From Parvibaculaceae bacterium (GTDB taxonomy: Bacteria > Pseudomonadota > Alphaproteobacteria > CGMCC-115125), in assembly GCA_965229975.1 (NCBI GenBank), contig OZ245936.1:1345539-1409538 (forward strand): a stretch of DNA of 64,000 nt, read 5' to 3'. This document shows positions 1-10,811 of this stretch, piece by piece. The notes beneath the pieces were generated by a model. The model was not told the DNA's origin. It worked only from the letters and a program-made list of their open reading frames with translations, and did no database searches. The first letter of the stretch is position 1. Each line of letters starts with the position of its first letter. Made by a program: the position numbers and the translations under genes.

Positions 1-429
1 GACACCCTCGGGCACCTCCGGCTCCATCAGCTCGGCCTCGTAGGCCTCGGCGGCGTCTTCGTCCTTTTCGTCTTTTGCGTCGTCGTCGGAGTCGTCTTCG
101 TCGTCGCCGGACTCCTTCGACTTCGTTTCCTTCTTGTCCTCGGATTTCTTCGCCTTGGGCGCGTCGTCGATGTCGCTTTCGTCCTCGCCCTCGTCGAGCA
201 GGACGGCGATCACGTCGTTGACGGGGACGTTCTCGGTGCCCTCGGAGACGATGATCTTGCCGATGGTGCCTTCGTCCACCGCCTCGACTTCCATCGTCGC
301 CTTGTCGGTCTCGATCTCGGCGATGATGTCGCCGGCCTCGACCTTGTCGCCCTCCTTCACGAGCCACTTGGTGAGGTTACCCTCCTCCATAGTGGGCGAC
401 AGAGCGGGCATGGTGATGTTGGTGGGCAT
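1..429 (-). CDS. pdhB: Pyruvate dehydrogenase E1 beta subunit with N-terminal lipoyl domain (5' part only, runs off the window)
   Basis: Translation from ATG at 429: [47 protein letters not shown] (lipoyl motif ETDKA), then an acidic linker. Overlaps the pdhA stop (TGATG). Could be E2 (pdhC), but the alphaproteobacterial order is pdhA-pdhB. Confidence 0.8.
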   Translation of the reverse strand, partial: MPTNITMPALSPTMEEGNLTKWLVKEGDKVEAGDIIAEIETDKATMEVEAVDEGTIGKIIVSEGTENVPVNDVIAVLLDEGEDESDIDDAPKAKKSEDKKETKSKESGDDEDDSDDDAKDEKDEDAAEAYEAELMEPEVPEGV

Positions 430-1541
430 CAGCGCGCGCCTCCGGCAACGGTGCCTTCCGGGCCCTCGGCGTAGACGTCGGTCCACAGTTCCCTGGGATC
501 GGGCTCGGGGCTTTCCTGCGCGAACTCGGCGGCAGCGGAGACAATGTCCTTCACCTCGCGGTCGACCTTCTTGAGGTCGTCCTCGCTCGCCCACTTCTTG
601 TCCAGCACCCGCTTGCGCACGAGATCGATGGGATCGTGCTCGGCGCGCATCTTCTGCACTTCTTCCTTGGTGCGGTACTTGGCCGGGTCGGACATGGAGT
701 GGCCACGGTAGCGGTAGGTGAGCATTTCGAGGATGACGGGGCCATTGCCGTCGCGGCACCACTGGGCGGCGCGCTCGGAGGCCTCGCGCACCTTCACCAC
801 GTCCATGCCGTCCACGGCCTCACCGGGAATGTTGAAGGAGCGGCCGCGCCGGTAGAGATGCGTCTCGGCGGCGGCGCGCTCGATGGACGTGCCCATGGAG
901 TAGCGGTTGTTCTCGATCACATAGATGACCGGCAGCTTCCACAGCTCGGCCATGTTGAAGGCCTCGTAGACCTGGCCCTGGTTGGACGCGCCCTCGCCGA
1001 AGAAGGTCGCGCAGATCTTGCCGTCCTCGCGATAGGCGTTGGCGAAGGCCATGCCGGTGCCGATGGGGACCTGGGCGCCGACGATGCCGTGGCCGCCATA
1101 AAAGCCCTTCTCCACCGAGAACATGTGCATGGAGCCGCCCTTGCCGCGGCTGTAGCCGCCCTCGCGGCCGGTCAACTCCGCCATGACGCCCTTGGGGTCC
1201 ATGTCCATGGCGAGCATGTGGCCGTGGTCGCGGTAGCTGGTGACGATCTGATCGCCGTCCTTGAGCGCCATCTTGACGCCGGTCACCACCGCTTCCTGGC
1301 CGATATAGAGATGGCAGAAGCCGCCGATGAGGCCCATGCCGTACATCTGGCCGGCGCGCTCCTCGAAGCGGCGGATGAGGAGCATGTCGCGGTAGGCTTC
1401 AAGCGTGTCGTCCTTGGAGAGATCGGGGTCCTTCGCCCTGGCGGCGATCTCGTCCCATTTCTCCTGCGAGGTCTTTTCCTCCCCGCTGGCGTCGCCGTTC
1501 TTCTTCGGCGCCGATTTCTTCGCGGTGCTGCGCGCCGCCAT
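429..1541 (-). CDS. pdhA: Pyruvate dehydrogenase E1 alpha subunit
   Basis: [21 protein letters not shown]-binding region [26 protein letters not shown]. Confidence 0.97.
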   Translation of the reverse strand: MAARSTAKKSAPKKNGDASGEEKTSQEKWDEIAARAKDPDLSKDDTLEAYRDMLLIRRFEERAGQMYGMGLIGGFCHLYIGQEAVVTGVKMALKDGDQIVTSYRDHGHMLAMDMDPKGVMAELTGREGGYSRGKGGSMHMFSVEKGFYGGHGIVGAQVPIGTGMAFANAYREDGKICATFFGEGASNQGQVYEAFNMAELWKLPVIYVIENNRYSMGTSIERAAAETHLYRRGRSFNIPGEAVDGMDVVKVREASERAAQWCRDGNGPVILEMLTYRYRGHSMSDPAKYRTKEEVQKMRAEHDPIDLVRKRVLDKKWASEDDLKKVDREVKDIVSAAAEFAQESPEPDPRELWTDVYAEGPEGTVAGGAR

Positions 1542-1771
1542 TCAATGGCTCCCTCGTGGCTCGTGCGGGCCGGGCATTCCCGGTCCCGCCGCGAAATAAC
1601 GTTTCCCGCGGAGTCTAACGTCCGCGGCCCTTTCAGGCGACGGAAACCCGGGCAACAACACGCCAGAAATACCAGCCATTCCGTCAAAAAATTTTGAAAT
1701 GGCCGCAACGGCGGCAATCAACGTGCGAACGCGTGTTCCGGGCCGGGTATCAAGCAGGACCCCGGGCCCGC

Positions 1772-2122
1772 CTACTCATCTATGAAGATGGTGAGTTCGT
1801 CGGGATGGGCAAATCCAAGCGCCGCACGCGCGCGCTCGTCCAGAAGGTCGGGATCGAGACTTTCGGGGCGCATCAGCGCCACGTCATGCTCCAGCCGTTC
1901 GCGGGTTTCCGTTGCGGCAGCGAGCTGTGCTTCCAGCCGCGCGCTTTCGTCCTGCTTCTCGATCAGGCGGCGCAGGCCATGATTGCCCTCGACGGCGTGG
2001 TAGCCGAAATAGACCATGATGCTGATGCAGATCAGCGGCACCGTGGCCTTGGCCAGCCGCGCGCGCAGGCCAACCTCGTGGCGGGCCTGGCGGGAGGAGC
2101 GAATCGTATCGTGGAGCCTCAT
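1772..2122 (-). CDS. ftsB: Septum formation initiator (FtsB/DivIC family)
   Basis: Single TM (YFGYHAVEGNHGL), coiled coil, SLDPDLLDERAR..LG; conserved position between eno and pdhA. Confidence 0.88.
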   Translation of the reverse strand: MRLHDTIRSSRQARHEVGLRARLAKATVPLICISIMVYFGYHAVEGNHGLRRLIEKQDESARLEAQLAAATETRERLEHDVALMRPESLDPDLLDERARAALGFAHPDELTIFIDE

Positions 2123-2131
2123 GGGCTGAAG

Positions 2132-2205
2132 GAATCACAAAACTGATTCTGCTGGCAAGCCCAATAGAGTCAGCGCGTTAGCCTGAGTCGCTTGGAATCT
2201 GAATC
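2132..2205. promoter_or_regulatory. Cluster of six GANTC (CcrM) sites upstream of ftsB, including GcrA-type TGAGTCG
   Basis: GAATC 2132, GATTC 2145, GAGTC 2167, GAGTC 2185, GAATC 2195, GAATC 2201; the first two form the palindrome GAATCA-N6-TGATTC. Confidence 0.65.
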
Positions 2206-2249
2206 CGGGCCCGCCAAGAGGCCCGCCGAACCCCGGGAGCGTCACCCCC

Positions 2250-2735
2250 ATGATCGAGATACGGGCAGCAACGGAGGCCGACCACGACAGGGTCTGGGCG
2301 ATGCTGGAACCGGTGATCCGCGAGGGGGAGACGCATCCGATGCCGCGCGACATGGGCCGGGCGGATCTCCTCGCCTACTGGTTCAAGCCGGAGAACGAAG
2401 TGTTCATGGCGCTCGATGGCGGGAAGCCGGTGGGCACGTACCATATCCACGCGAACCACATCGGGCTCGGCAGCCACGTGGCCAATTGCGGCTACGTGAC
2501 GGATGCGGCGGCGCGCGGGCGCGGTGTGGGCCGGGCGATGGGCGAGCATTCGCTGGCGCACGCGAAGGCGCGCGGCTTCCGCGCCATGCAGTTCAACCTG
2601 GTGGTGAAGCCCAACGTGGCCTCGTGGAAGCTGTGGCAGAAACTGGGCTTCGAGATCGTGGGCACCCTGCCCGGCGCCTTCCTGCATGCGCGGGAGGGCT
2701 ACGTGGATGCCTACGTGATGTACCGGACGCTCTAG
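2250..2735 (+). CDS. GNAT family N-acetyltransferase
   Basis: Motif A (ARGRGVGRAM), VANCGY, FRAMQFNLVV..N..S..LWQKLGF. Confidence 0.9.
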   Translation: MIEIRAATEADHDRVWAMLEPVIREGETHPMPRDMGRADLLAYWFKPENEVFMALDGGKPVGTYHIHANHIGLGSHVANCGYVTDAAARGRGVGRAMGEHSLAHAKARGFRAMQFNLVVKPNVASWKLWQKLGFEIVGTLPGAFLHAREGYVDAYVMYRTL

Positions 2736-2808
2736 CGGCGCGCGGCACACGAAAGAAGGCCTTCGCGGATGCAAAGGCCTTCCTGTCGCGGGCATTGCTG
2801 GCGGGGAA

Positions 2809-3306
2809 CTAGAGCCCGTTCACCTCGGCCACGGAGACGTGGTGCATGGCGGGCCAGTTTTCTTCGGCCTGGGCGAGGATGCCGGCCTTGTCCTGCTGGT
2901 ACTTCTCGAAGACGGCGGCGTTGAGGAAGACGTAGAGCTTGCCATCGACGATATCGGCGAAGCGCGGGCTGCCGTCGAGCTTCTTGCCGAGCGCGACGCC
3001 GAGGGCGCAGAAGCCGCCGTACTGCGGCAGGTACATGTCCGGGTTTGCCGCGAAGCGCTTCATGGTCTGCGCGGAGGCGAAGTAATAGGCCACGCCGTCG
3101 AGCGCATACATGTGCTCGGCATAGCCGGGGGTCACGTCGAGATTGGTGGCCAACGCTACGGGATCGTTGCCGCGCACGGCGACGCCGTAGCCTTCGACCG
3201 TCGTGCCGGTCGAGACGTTGAACTCGTCGGCCGCGAAAGCCAGCGTGGCGGCAGAGATGGCGCCGAGGAAGGTGAGCGCGGTGACCAGGGTCTGGAAGAT
3301 GTGCAT
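2809..3306 (-). CDS. Secreted YHS-domain protein (YHS-domain (seleno)protein family, Cys form)
   Basis: Signal peptide; G.DPV, YYFAS...KRFAANPDMYLPQYGGFCA.GV, IVDGKLY; AAGGA RBS. Confidence 0.85.
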   Translation of the reverse strand: MHIFQTLVTALTFLGAISAATLAFAADEFNVSTGTTVEGYGVAVRGNDPVALATNLDVTPGYAEHMYALDGVAYYFASAQTMKRFAANPDMYLPQYGGFCALGVALGKKLDGSPRFADIVDGKLYVFLNAAVFEKYQQDKAGILAQAEENWPAMHHVSVAEVNGL

Positions 3307-3455
3307 GTCCGTCGTCCTTTTTCGGTTTGCCGCATGACGCGGCCGGGGGTGATGCCGGCGTGGCCGGCGGGTTGGTCGGCAGGCGTGGCGCGGGCCGAAG
3401 AAGGCAAAGCTGCGCCGTCCGGCTGCGGCGCATTCGGCGCCGTAACCGATGGGGA

Positions 3456-3550
3456 TGCTGGACGGGCGCGGCAGCGCCGGGGGTTACCCTGGGGAGGGGG
3501 CTTTGCCGCGGTGGGGGAGAGGCGGCTTGCGCCGCAGCGCCCATCCAGCA
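3456..3550. repeat. Imperfect inverted repeat element (22-bp arms, 19/22 match)
   Basis: TGCTGGACGGGCGCGGCAGCGC (3456-3477) vs GCGCCGCAGCGCCCATCCAGCA (3529-3550); the G-rich interior resembles fragments of the kdsA-flanking element. Confidence 0.5.
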
Positions 3551-3580
3551 ATTCGGTGTGAGACTTCGAGGCCTTTCCGC

Positions 3581-4396
3581 TTAGCCCTTGAGCGCGCGGA
3601 TGCGCTCGACCGCTTCGGCGGTGGACCAGACGGCGTTGGCCATCATCCGGAAGTTGATGAGGGCGGCGAGGTAGCCATCGCCCTCTGGCACCTTCGCGCC
3701 CGCGGTGGCGTCGCGCACCACAGCGACCTCGAAGCCGTGCTCGAGGAACGAGCGCATGTGGCTTTCCACGCAGAGGTTGGCGGACATGCCGGCGAGAATG
3801 ACCTGGTCCACCTTCAGCTTGCGGAGCTGAAGGGCCGCGTCGTTCTGCTCGGGCCCGTAGACCTTGTGCGGGGAGGTGATGATGGTCTTGCCGTCGAAGA
3901 TGTACTTCTTGTACTCGGCCATGAAATCGGCGCCGGAGCCTTCGAAGCCCTCGAGGTCGAGGGGGCCGGGGCGGTTGAACATGCCAAGGCCGTGCATGAC
4001 CTTTTCCAGCGCGCCTTCGAAGTGCCACTGGTGGTCGTGCGGGTAGTAGTAGTGCGGCGATATCACCACCGGCATGTCGGCCAGCTTGGCAGCGGCGAAC
4101 AGGCTGGCGAGGTTCTGGACGACGCCGTGCTCGGTGACGCTCTCGCCCACAACGTCCCAGGTGACGCCCTTCGGGCTCAGGAAATCGATCTGCGGATCGA
4201 CCACCAGCAGCGCGGCGCGGCCCGGTTCCAGCTTCATGGTCGAAGGCGGCAGCGCCGGGTCGGCGGGGGCCGCATAAGCTTCCTTACCGGCAGCGGCGGC
4301 CCTGGTGGCGGAGAGACCCGTGGCGGCGGCAGCGGCGCCTGCGACACCGGCCACGCCGGCTGTCAGAACGTCTCGGCGGTCGAACGAGGAGGTCAT
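3581..4396 (-). CDS. Tat-exported cysteine hydrolase (isochorismatase family)
   Basis: True start ATG 4396 (AGGA RBS) inside the longer track ORF; twin-arginine FDRRDVL signal; catalytic triad motifs VVDPQIDF, HKVY, GMSANLCVESH. Confidence 0.88.
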   Translation of the reverse strand: MTSSFDRRDVLTAGVAGVAGAAAAATGLSATRAAAAGKEAYAAPADPALPPSTMKLEPGRAALLVVDPQIDFLSPKGVTWDVVGESVTEHGVVQNLASLFAAAKLADMPVVISPHYYYPHDHQWHFEGALEKVMHGLGMFNRPGPLDLEGFEGSGADFMAEYKKYIFDGKTIITSPHKVYGPEQNDAALQLRKLKVDQVILAGMSANLCVESHMRSFLEHGFEVAVVRDATAGAKVPEGDGYLAALINFRMMANAVWSTAEAVERIRALKG

Positions 4397-4434
4397 GGGG
4401 CGGTTCCTTTCAGGAGGGGCTGGGTGCGTGGGGG

Positions 4435-4899
4435 TCAGAGGCCGAGCTCGGAGAGACCCGGGTGATCGGCGGGGCGCGGGCCGAGGGGCCAGCGGAAGAG
4501 GCGCTGGGCCTCGGTGATGGGGAGGTCGTTGATGGAGGCGCGGCGGACGGCCATCAGGCCGTCGGGTGCGAATTCCCAGTTCTCGTTGCCGTAGGCGCGG
4601 AACCAGCGCCCTGCCCCGTCGTGCGCCTCGTAGGCGAAGCGCACGGCGATGCGGTTTCCGGTGAAGGCCCACAGTTCCTTGATGAGACGGTAGTCGTGCT
4701 CGGCCTGCCACTTGCGGGTGAGGAAGGCTTCGACCTCGGCGCGGCCGTTGAAGAACTCGTGGCGGTTCCGCCAGGCGGTGTCCGGCGTGTAGGCGGCGGC
4801 GACCTTCACCGCGTCGCGGCTGTTCCAGGCATCCTCGGCGGCGCGCACCTTGGCGGCGGCGGACGTGGCATCGAAGGGCGGCAGGGGCGGACGGGTCAT
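4435..4899 (-). CDS. DUF1348 / SnoaL-like (NTF2 fold) protein
   Basis: RPPLPPF...[54 protein letters not shown]. Confidence 0.9.
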   Translation of the reverse strand: MTRPPLPPFDATSAAAKVRAAEDAWNSRDAVKVAAAYTPDTAWRNRHEFFNGRAEVEAFLTRKWQAEHDYRLIKELWAFTGNRIAVRFAYEAHDGAGRWFRAYGNENWEFAPDGLMAVRRASINDLPITEAQRLFRWPLGPRPADHPGLSELGL

Positions 4900-4912
4900 T
4901 GGGGGGCGCTCT

Positions 4913-4969
4913 AAACTGTACTGAGCGGTTCACTCTTGTGATCCGTTATTTAACCGTTCGGTACAGTTT
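4913..4969. promoter_or_regulatory. Two inverted TetR-type operator sites upstream of the DUF1348 operon
   Basis: AAACTGTACTGAGCGGTT (4913-4930) and AACCGTTCGGTACAGTTT (4952-4969) are 16/18 inverted matches; core consensus about TGTACCGNNCGGTNCA. Confidence 0.7.
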
Positions 4970-5052
4970 CGCAAGCGAAAATTCGGGCGACGGACGAAAA
5001 AATTTCGCCGGCGTCCATTATGCAGCTGTTATCGCTGGGTTTTTTGTGAGGG

Positions 5053-5094
5053 CTTGCCCGATGGCGAAAGAGCGCGCATATACCGGTCTGTTCA
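5053..5094 (+). promoter_or_regulatory. Putative sigma70 promoter and third operator of the TetR gene
   Basis: CTTGCC-N18-CATATA; the overlapping TATACCGGTCTGTTCA (5079-5094) matches the other two operators at 11/16. Confidence 0.5.
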
Positions 5095-5109
5095 GTAATG
5101 GAGACCGAC

Positions 5110-5670
5110 ATGCGCCCCAGCAAGCGCGACGAGCTGGTCCGGAAGGCCCTGGGAATCTTCTACCGGGAGGGATTCCACGCGGCCGGCATGGACCTTCTGG
5201 CGGCCGAGACCGGCATCTCGAAGACCACCATGTTCAAGCACTTCGGCAGCAAGGAAGAGCTGATCCTCGCGGTGCTGCGGCTGCGCGACCAGGATTTCAG
5301 GACGTGGCTGTTCCGGCGGATGGAGGAAGCGGGCGAGCCGCGCGCGCAGCTGCTCGCCATGTTCGACGCGCTGGGGGAGTGGTTCGCCGAGCCGACCTAC
5401 AACTCGTGCATGTTCATCAAGGCGGCGTCGGAATACCCGGCCGCGGGGCACCCGATCCATGCGCAGTCGGCGGAGCACAAGCGGCTGCTGTTCCGGCAGC
5501 TGGAGAAGATCGCCGCGGCGGCGGGTGCGCCGGACCCGGCGGACCTGTCACGCAAACTGCTGCTCTTGAAGGAAGGCGCGATCGTCACCGCGCACCTGGG
5601 GCATGAAAAGCACCCGGCGGCGGATGCGAAGGCGGCGGCGGAAGTGATCCTCGCGGCCGCCCTGCCCTAG
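5110..5670 (+). CDS. TetR/AcrR family transcriptional regulator (NemR-like)
   Basis: HTH FYREGFHAAGMDLLAAETGISKTTMFKHFGSKEELI; C-terminal Cys motif NSCMFIKA; GGAG RBS favours ATG 5110 over 5098. Confidence 0.92.
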   Translation: MRPSKRDELVRKALGIFYREGFHAAGMDLLAAETGISKTTMFKHFGSKEELILAVLRLRDQDFRTWLFRRMEEAGEPRAQLLAMFDALGEWFAEPTYNSCMFIKAASEYPAAGHPIHAQSAEHKRLLFRQLEKIAAAAGAPDPADLSRKLLLLKEGAIVTAHLGHEKHPAADAKAAAEVILAAALP

Positions 5671-5867
5671 CTCTTGTTGCGGCGGGCCGTCACCGTCTCG
5701 CCGCCGATGCCCCAGTTGTCGGTCTCGACCTCGTCGATGATGACGACCGTGGTGGCGGGGTTCTTGCCCAGCTCGTCGCGCAGAAGCTCCGTCACCTTCT
5801 CGATGAGGCGGGCCTTCTTCTCGGCGGTGAGGCCGTCGGGCGTCAGCTTGAAATTGACGAGGGGCAT
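5667..5867 (-). CDS. 4-oxalocrotonate tautomerase family protein
   Basis: Pro-1 after Met, 66 aa, K..LI..VT.LL...LGK....T.VII.EV..DNWGIGG. Confidence 0.9.
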   Translation of the reverse strand: MPLVNFKLTPDGLTAEKKARLIEKVTELLRDELGKNPATTVVIIDEVETDNWGIGGETVTARRNKS

Positions 5868-5872
5868 GGGCG

Positions 5873-7222
<1,350 letters not shown>

Positions 7223-7338
7223 CTATAGCGAATGGGGGGAGCAGGGGGAAGGTGGCGGGTCCCCTACCCCGCACGTAATTGGCCACGCCGGACCGGCGGC
7301 GAGAATGGGCGCGGTTCAACCCTTTGGAGGCGGTCACC

Positions 7339-7734
7339 ATGGAAGCAATTTTCGTAGCGGCGCTGCTCGCGATCTTCGGGGCGTTCTGCCTCTACACGGG
7401 AATTGTGAGCTTCACGCGGCCAAGGGCCTTCGCGAAGTCGCTCGGGCTTGGCGCTGACGGGCGCTCGGGCCGCGTGGAAATCCAGGCGCAGTATGGCGGG
7501 TTCTTCTTCCTGGTGGGCCTGGTGCAGCTCGGCGCGCTGGCCGGATTCATGCCGCAGGCGGGCGCGTTCCTGCTGGCCGCCGTGATCTTCGGCGGGCTGA
7601 TCGCGGGCCGCATGCTGGCGCTTGCGGGCACGCCAGCGGATGCGGAAGCGCTGAACCCGACCATCCGGGCGCTCTACGCCATCGACGCCGCCGGTTTCGT
7701 CACCGCGCTGTGGGGCCTGTGGGTGACCGCCTAA
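7339..7734 (+). CDS. Small four-TM membrane protein (DUF4345-like)
   Basis: GGAGG RBS before ATG 7339; hydrophobic segments; E..AQYGG.F, GR..A pattern. Confidence 0.6.
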   Translation: MEAIFVAALLAIFGAFCLYTGIVSFTRPRAFAKSLGLGADGRSGRVEIQAQYGGFFFLVGLVQLGALAGFMPQAGAFLLAAVIFGGLIAGRMLALAGTPADAEALNPTIRALYAIDAAGFVTALWGLWVTA

Positions 7735-9584
7735 CGGCTGAACTGGTCCACGTCGCGGACCGCGCCGCGGGCGGCGCTGGTGGTGAAGGCGGCGTAGGCG
7801 CGAAGGGCCGCAGAGACTTTGCGGGGGCGCGGCTTGGCGGGTTTCCACGCGGCGTCGCCCTTTGCCTCCATTGCCTTGCGGCGGGCGGCGAGGTCTTCGT
7901 CCGGAAGCTTGAGGTGGATCGAGCGGTTGGGGATGTCGATCTCGATGGTGTCGCCGTCCTCGACCAGCGCGATGACGCCGCCCTCGGCTGCTTCCGGCGA
8001 GACGTGGCCGATGGAGAGGCCGGAGGTGCCGCCGGAGAAGCGGCCGTCCGTCACCAGCGCGCAGGCAGCGCCGAGGCCCTTCGATTTCAGGTAGCTCGTG
8101 GGATAGAGCATCTCCTGCATGCCGGGGCCGCCGCGCGGGCCCTCGTAGCGGATGACGACCACGTCGCCCGCCTTCACCTCGCCGGTGAGGATGCCGCTGA
8201 CGGCGGCGTCCTGGCTTTCATAGACGCGGGCGGTGCCGGTGAATTTCAGGATGCTGTCATCGACGCCGGCGGTCTTCACGATGCAGCCGTCGGTGGCGAT
8301 GTTGCCCCTGAGGACGGCGAGGCCGCCGTCCTTCGAGAAGGCGTGTTCCGCGTCGCGGATGACGCCGCCCTCGCGGTCAAGGTCCAGCTCCTTCCAGCGG
8401 CGGTCCTGGCTGAAGGCGGTCTGGGTGGGCACGCCGCCGGGGGCCGCGCGGAAGAACGTGTGGACCATCTCGCTGTCGGTGCGGCGCACGTCCCAGCGAT
8501 CGAGCGCATCGGCCAGGCTCGCGCTGTGGACCATGGGCACATCGGTATTGAGGAGGCCCGCACGGTCCAGCTCGCCGAGGATGGCCATGATGCCGCCGGC
8601 GCGGTGGACGTCCTCCATGTGCACGTCCGACTTGGCGGGCGCGACCTTGGAGAGGCACGGCACGCGGCGCGACAGGCGGTCGATGTCTTCCATGGTGAAA
8701 TCGACACCGGCCTCGCTGGCGGCGGCCAGCAGGTGCAACACCGTGTTGGTGGAGCCGCCCATGGCGATGTCGAGGCTCATGGCGTTTTCGAAGGCGGCGA
8801 AGCTCGCCACGTTGCGCGGCAGGACGCTGTCGTCTTCCTGCTCGTAGTAGCGGCGCGCGATATCGACCGAGAGATGCCCGGCCTCGACGAAGAGGCGTTC
8901 GCGGTCCGCGTGCGTCGCCAGCACCGAGCCGTTGCCCGGCAGGGAGAGGCCGAGAGCCTCGGTCAGGCAGTTCATGGAATTGGCGGTGAACATGCCCGAG
9001 CACGAGCCGCAGGTTGGGCACGCCGAACGCTCGATGCTTGCGACTTCCTCGTCGGTGTAGCTCTCGTCGGCGGCGGCGACCATGGCGTCCACCAGGTCGA
9101 GGGCGCGTTCCTCGCCCTTGATGACGACCTTGCCCGCTTCCATCGGCCCGCCGGAGACGAAGACCGCGGGGATGTTGATGCGCATGGCGGCCATCAGCAT
9201 GCCCGGCGTGATCTTGTCGCAATTGGAGATGCAGACCATGGCGTCAGCGCAATGCGCGTTGACCATGTACTCGACGCTGTCGGCGATCAGCTCGCGCGAC
9301 GGCAGGCTGTAGAGCATGCCGTCATGGCCCATGGCGATGCCGTCATCGACGGCGATGGTGTTGAACTCCTTGGCAACGCCGCCCGCGCTCTCAATCTCGC
9401 GCGCGACGAGCTGGCCGAGGTCCTTCAGGTGCACATGCCCCGGCACGAACTGGGTGAAGGAATTCACCACGGCGATGATCGGCTTGCCGAAGTCGCCGTC
9501 CTTCATGCCGGTGGCGCGCCACAGGCCGCGGGCGCCGGCCATGTTGCGGCCATGGGTGGAGGTGCGGGAGCGATAGGCGGGCAT
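7731..9584 (-). CDS. ilvD: Dihydroxy-acid dehydratase
   Basis: [61 protein letters not shown]. Confidence 0.99.
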   Translation of the reverse strand: MPAYRSRTSTHGRNMAGARGLWRATGMKDGDFGKPIIAVVNSFTQFVPGHVHLKDLGQLVAREIESAGGVAKEFNTIAVDDGIAMGHDGMLYSLPSRELIADSVEYMVNAHCADAMVCISNCDKITPGMLMAAMRINIPAVFVSGGPMEAGKVVIKGEERALDLVDAMVAAADESYTDEEVASIERSACPTCGSCSGMFTANSMNCLTEALGLSLPGNGSVLATHADRERLFVEAGHLSVDIARRYYEQEDDSVLPRNVASFAAFENAMSLDIAMGGSTNTVLHLLAAASEAGVDFTMEDIDRLSRRVPCLSKVAPAKSDVHMEDVHRAGGIMAILGELDRAGLLNTDVPMVHSASLADALDRWDVRRTDSEMVHTFFRAAPGGVPTQTAFSQDRRWKELDLDREGGVIRDAEHAFSKDGGLAVLRGNIATDGCIVKTAGVDDSILKFTGTARVYESQDAAVSGILTGEVKAGDVVVIRYEGPRGGPGMQEMLYPTSYLKSKGLGAACALVTDGRFSGGTSGLSIGHVSPEAAEGGVIALVEDGDTIEIDIPNRSIHLKLPDEDLAARRKAMEAKGDAAWKPAKPRPRKVSAALRAYAAFTTSAARGAVRDVDQFSR

Positions 9585-9673
9585 GGGGCTCGATCCGTTC
9601 TGTGCGGGGCGGGCGGACGATTCCGGCCTGTATCGCCCGCCGCCCCCGCCGAATCAAGAAATCCCGCCGGATA

Positions 9674-10042
9674 TCAGGCTTCCACTATCGGGACGAAGCC
9701 GCCCCACATCATGCGCTTGCCGTCGAAGGGGATGAAATCCGCGGGCGCCACGCCCTCGGGCGGGTCCATCCTCGGATCCTCCATGGCCTTCTTCGAGGCG
9801 GCGTCGCACACCTCCTTGGAGGGCCAGATCATCCACGAGAAGACGACGGTTTCGTCCGGCTTGCACTTTGTGGCCATGGGGAAGGACGTGACCTCGCCGT
9901 CCGGCACGTCGTCGCCCCACGCCTCCATGATGGCGAGGGCGCCGTATTCCTTGAAGATGACGGCGGCATCCTGCGCCATCTTGATATACGCCTCGCGGTT
10001 GGCGGTGGGCACGGCAAGCAGGAAACCCTGGACGTAACTCAT
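9674..10042 (-). CDS. DUF1428 (YbaA-like) protein
   Basis: YVQGF.LAVP..N..AY, GA....EAWGDDVP.G..TSFP.A......ETVVFSW, PFDGKRMMWGGF. Confidence 0.92.
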   Translation of the reverse strand: MSYVQGFLLAVPTANREAYIKMAQDAAVIFKEYGALAIMEAWGDDVPDGEVTSFPMATKCKPDETVVFSWMIWPSKEVCDAASKKAMEDPRMDPPEGVAPADFIPFDGKRMMWGGFVPIVEA

Positions 10043-10057
10043 CGGGATCGTCTCCGG

Positions 10058-10786
10058 TTACCCGGCCGCACTACAGCAGCCGGGGGTTGAAGCGTTGTCG
10101 TATTCGTCGTGCAGGCGGACCCAGCTCATGGTGCCGTCCTCGTTGCGGCCCTTCGGCACGAGATCGAGGAAGTTGAAGGCCGAGAACAGGCTCTCGGCGC
10201 CGCGGGCATAGGCCGAATAGGTGTGGAAGACCTCGCCGCGGTCATTCCTGGCGAAGACGGACTGGCCGTGGATGTCCTCCATCAGGTAGGGCGTCGTGCC
10301 GTAGTTGTAGAGCGGTTCGCCGCGGTCGATCTGTTCCTTCGTGAAGGCGACGCCGTAATCGTAGTTGAAGCTGGAGCCGTTGGACGAGACCCATTCGAAG
10401 GTCCAGCCCATGCGCTTCTTCGCGGCCTCGATCTGCCCGACGGTGCCGCGCGAGATGGCCACGAAGGACAGGTCGGCATTCTCGAAGTGGCGGCGGGCGG
10501 CATCCACCCCATCAGCGGTGCCGGAACAGCCGGGGCACAGGTGGCCGGTGTCCGGCGGCAGCATGAAGTGCTGCACCAAGAGCTGGCTGCGGCCCTGGAA
10601 CAGGTCCGCAAGGGTCCGGGGCCCGTCCTTCGACTGGAAGACATAGTCCTTTTCCACGCGGACCCAGGGCAGCGCGCGGCGTTCGGCATTCAGCCGGTCG
10701 CGCGCGTGGGTGAGTTCGCGTTCCTTCGCCAGCAGCGCCTTGCGGGCCGCGAGCCATTCGTCGCGGGATACGATCTGTGGGGTCAT
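10058..10786 (-). CDS. DUF899 family thioredoxin-like protein
   Basis: True start MTPQIVSRDEWLAARKALL.KE.ELT (ATG 10786); RR.LPWV, LF.GRSQL, CPGCS, FHTYS.YARG. Confidence 0.92.
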   Translation of the reverse strand: MTPQIVSRDEWLAARKALLAKERELTHARDRLNAERRALPWVRVEKDYVFQSKDGPRTLADLFQGRSQLLVQHFMLPPDTGHLCPGCSGTADGVDAARRHFENADLSFVAISRGTVGQIEAAKKRMGWTFEWVSSNGSSFNYDYGVAFTKEQIDRGEPLYNYGTTPYLMEDIHGQSVFARNDRGEVFHTYSAYARGAESLFSAFNFLDLVPKGRNEDGTMSWVRLHDEYDNASTPGCCSAAG

Positions 10787-10811
10787 CTCGGAGTCCTCGC
10801 TTGTCCTTGTT

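Noticed and set aside
2755-2782. GAAGGCCTT-N10-AAGGCCTTC between convergent GNAT and YHS genes as a novel repeat
   Set aside because: Most simply a bidirectional terminator-like hairpin; single occurrence.
2809-3306. Selenoprotein recoding in the YHS protein or the molybdoenzyme
   Set aside because: The GGFC cysteine is a normal Cys codon, and neither ORF has an in-frame TGA.
4397-4933. 179-aa N-terminal extension of the cysteine hydrolase (track ORF 3581-4933)
   Set aside because: It overlaps DUF1348 in another frame; the RBS and Tat signal define the start at 4396. Similar over-extended starts were corrected for DUF899, the SRPBCC genes, queD/E/F, kdsA, tpiA, rseP and pyrH.
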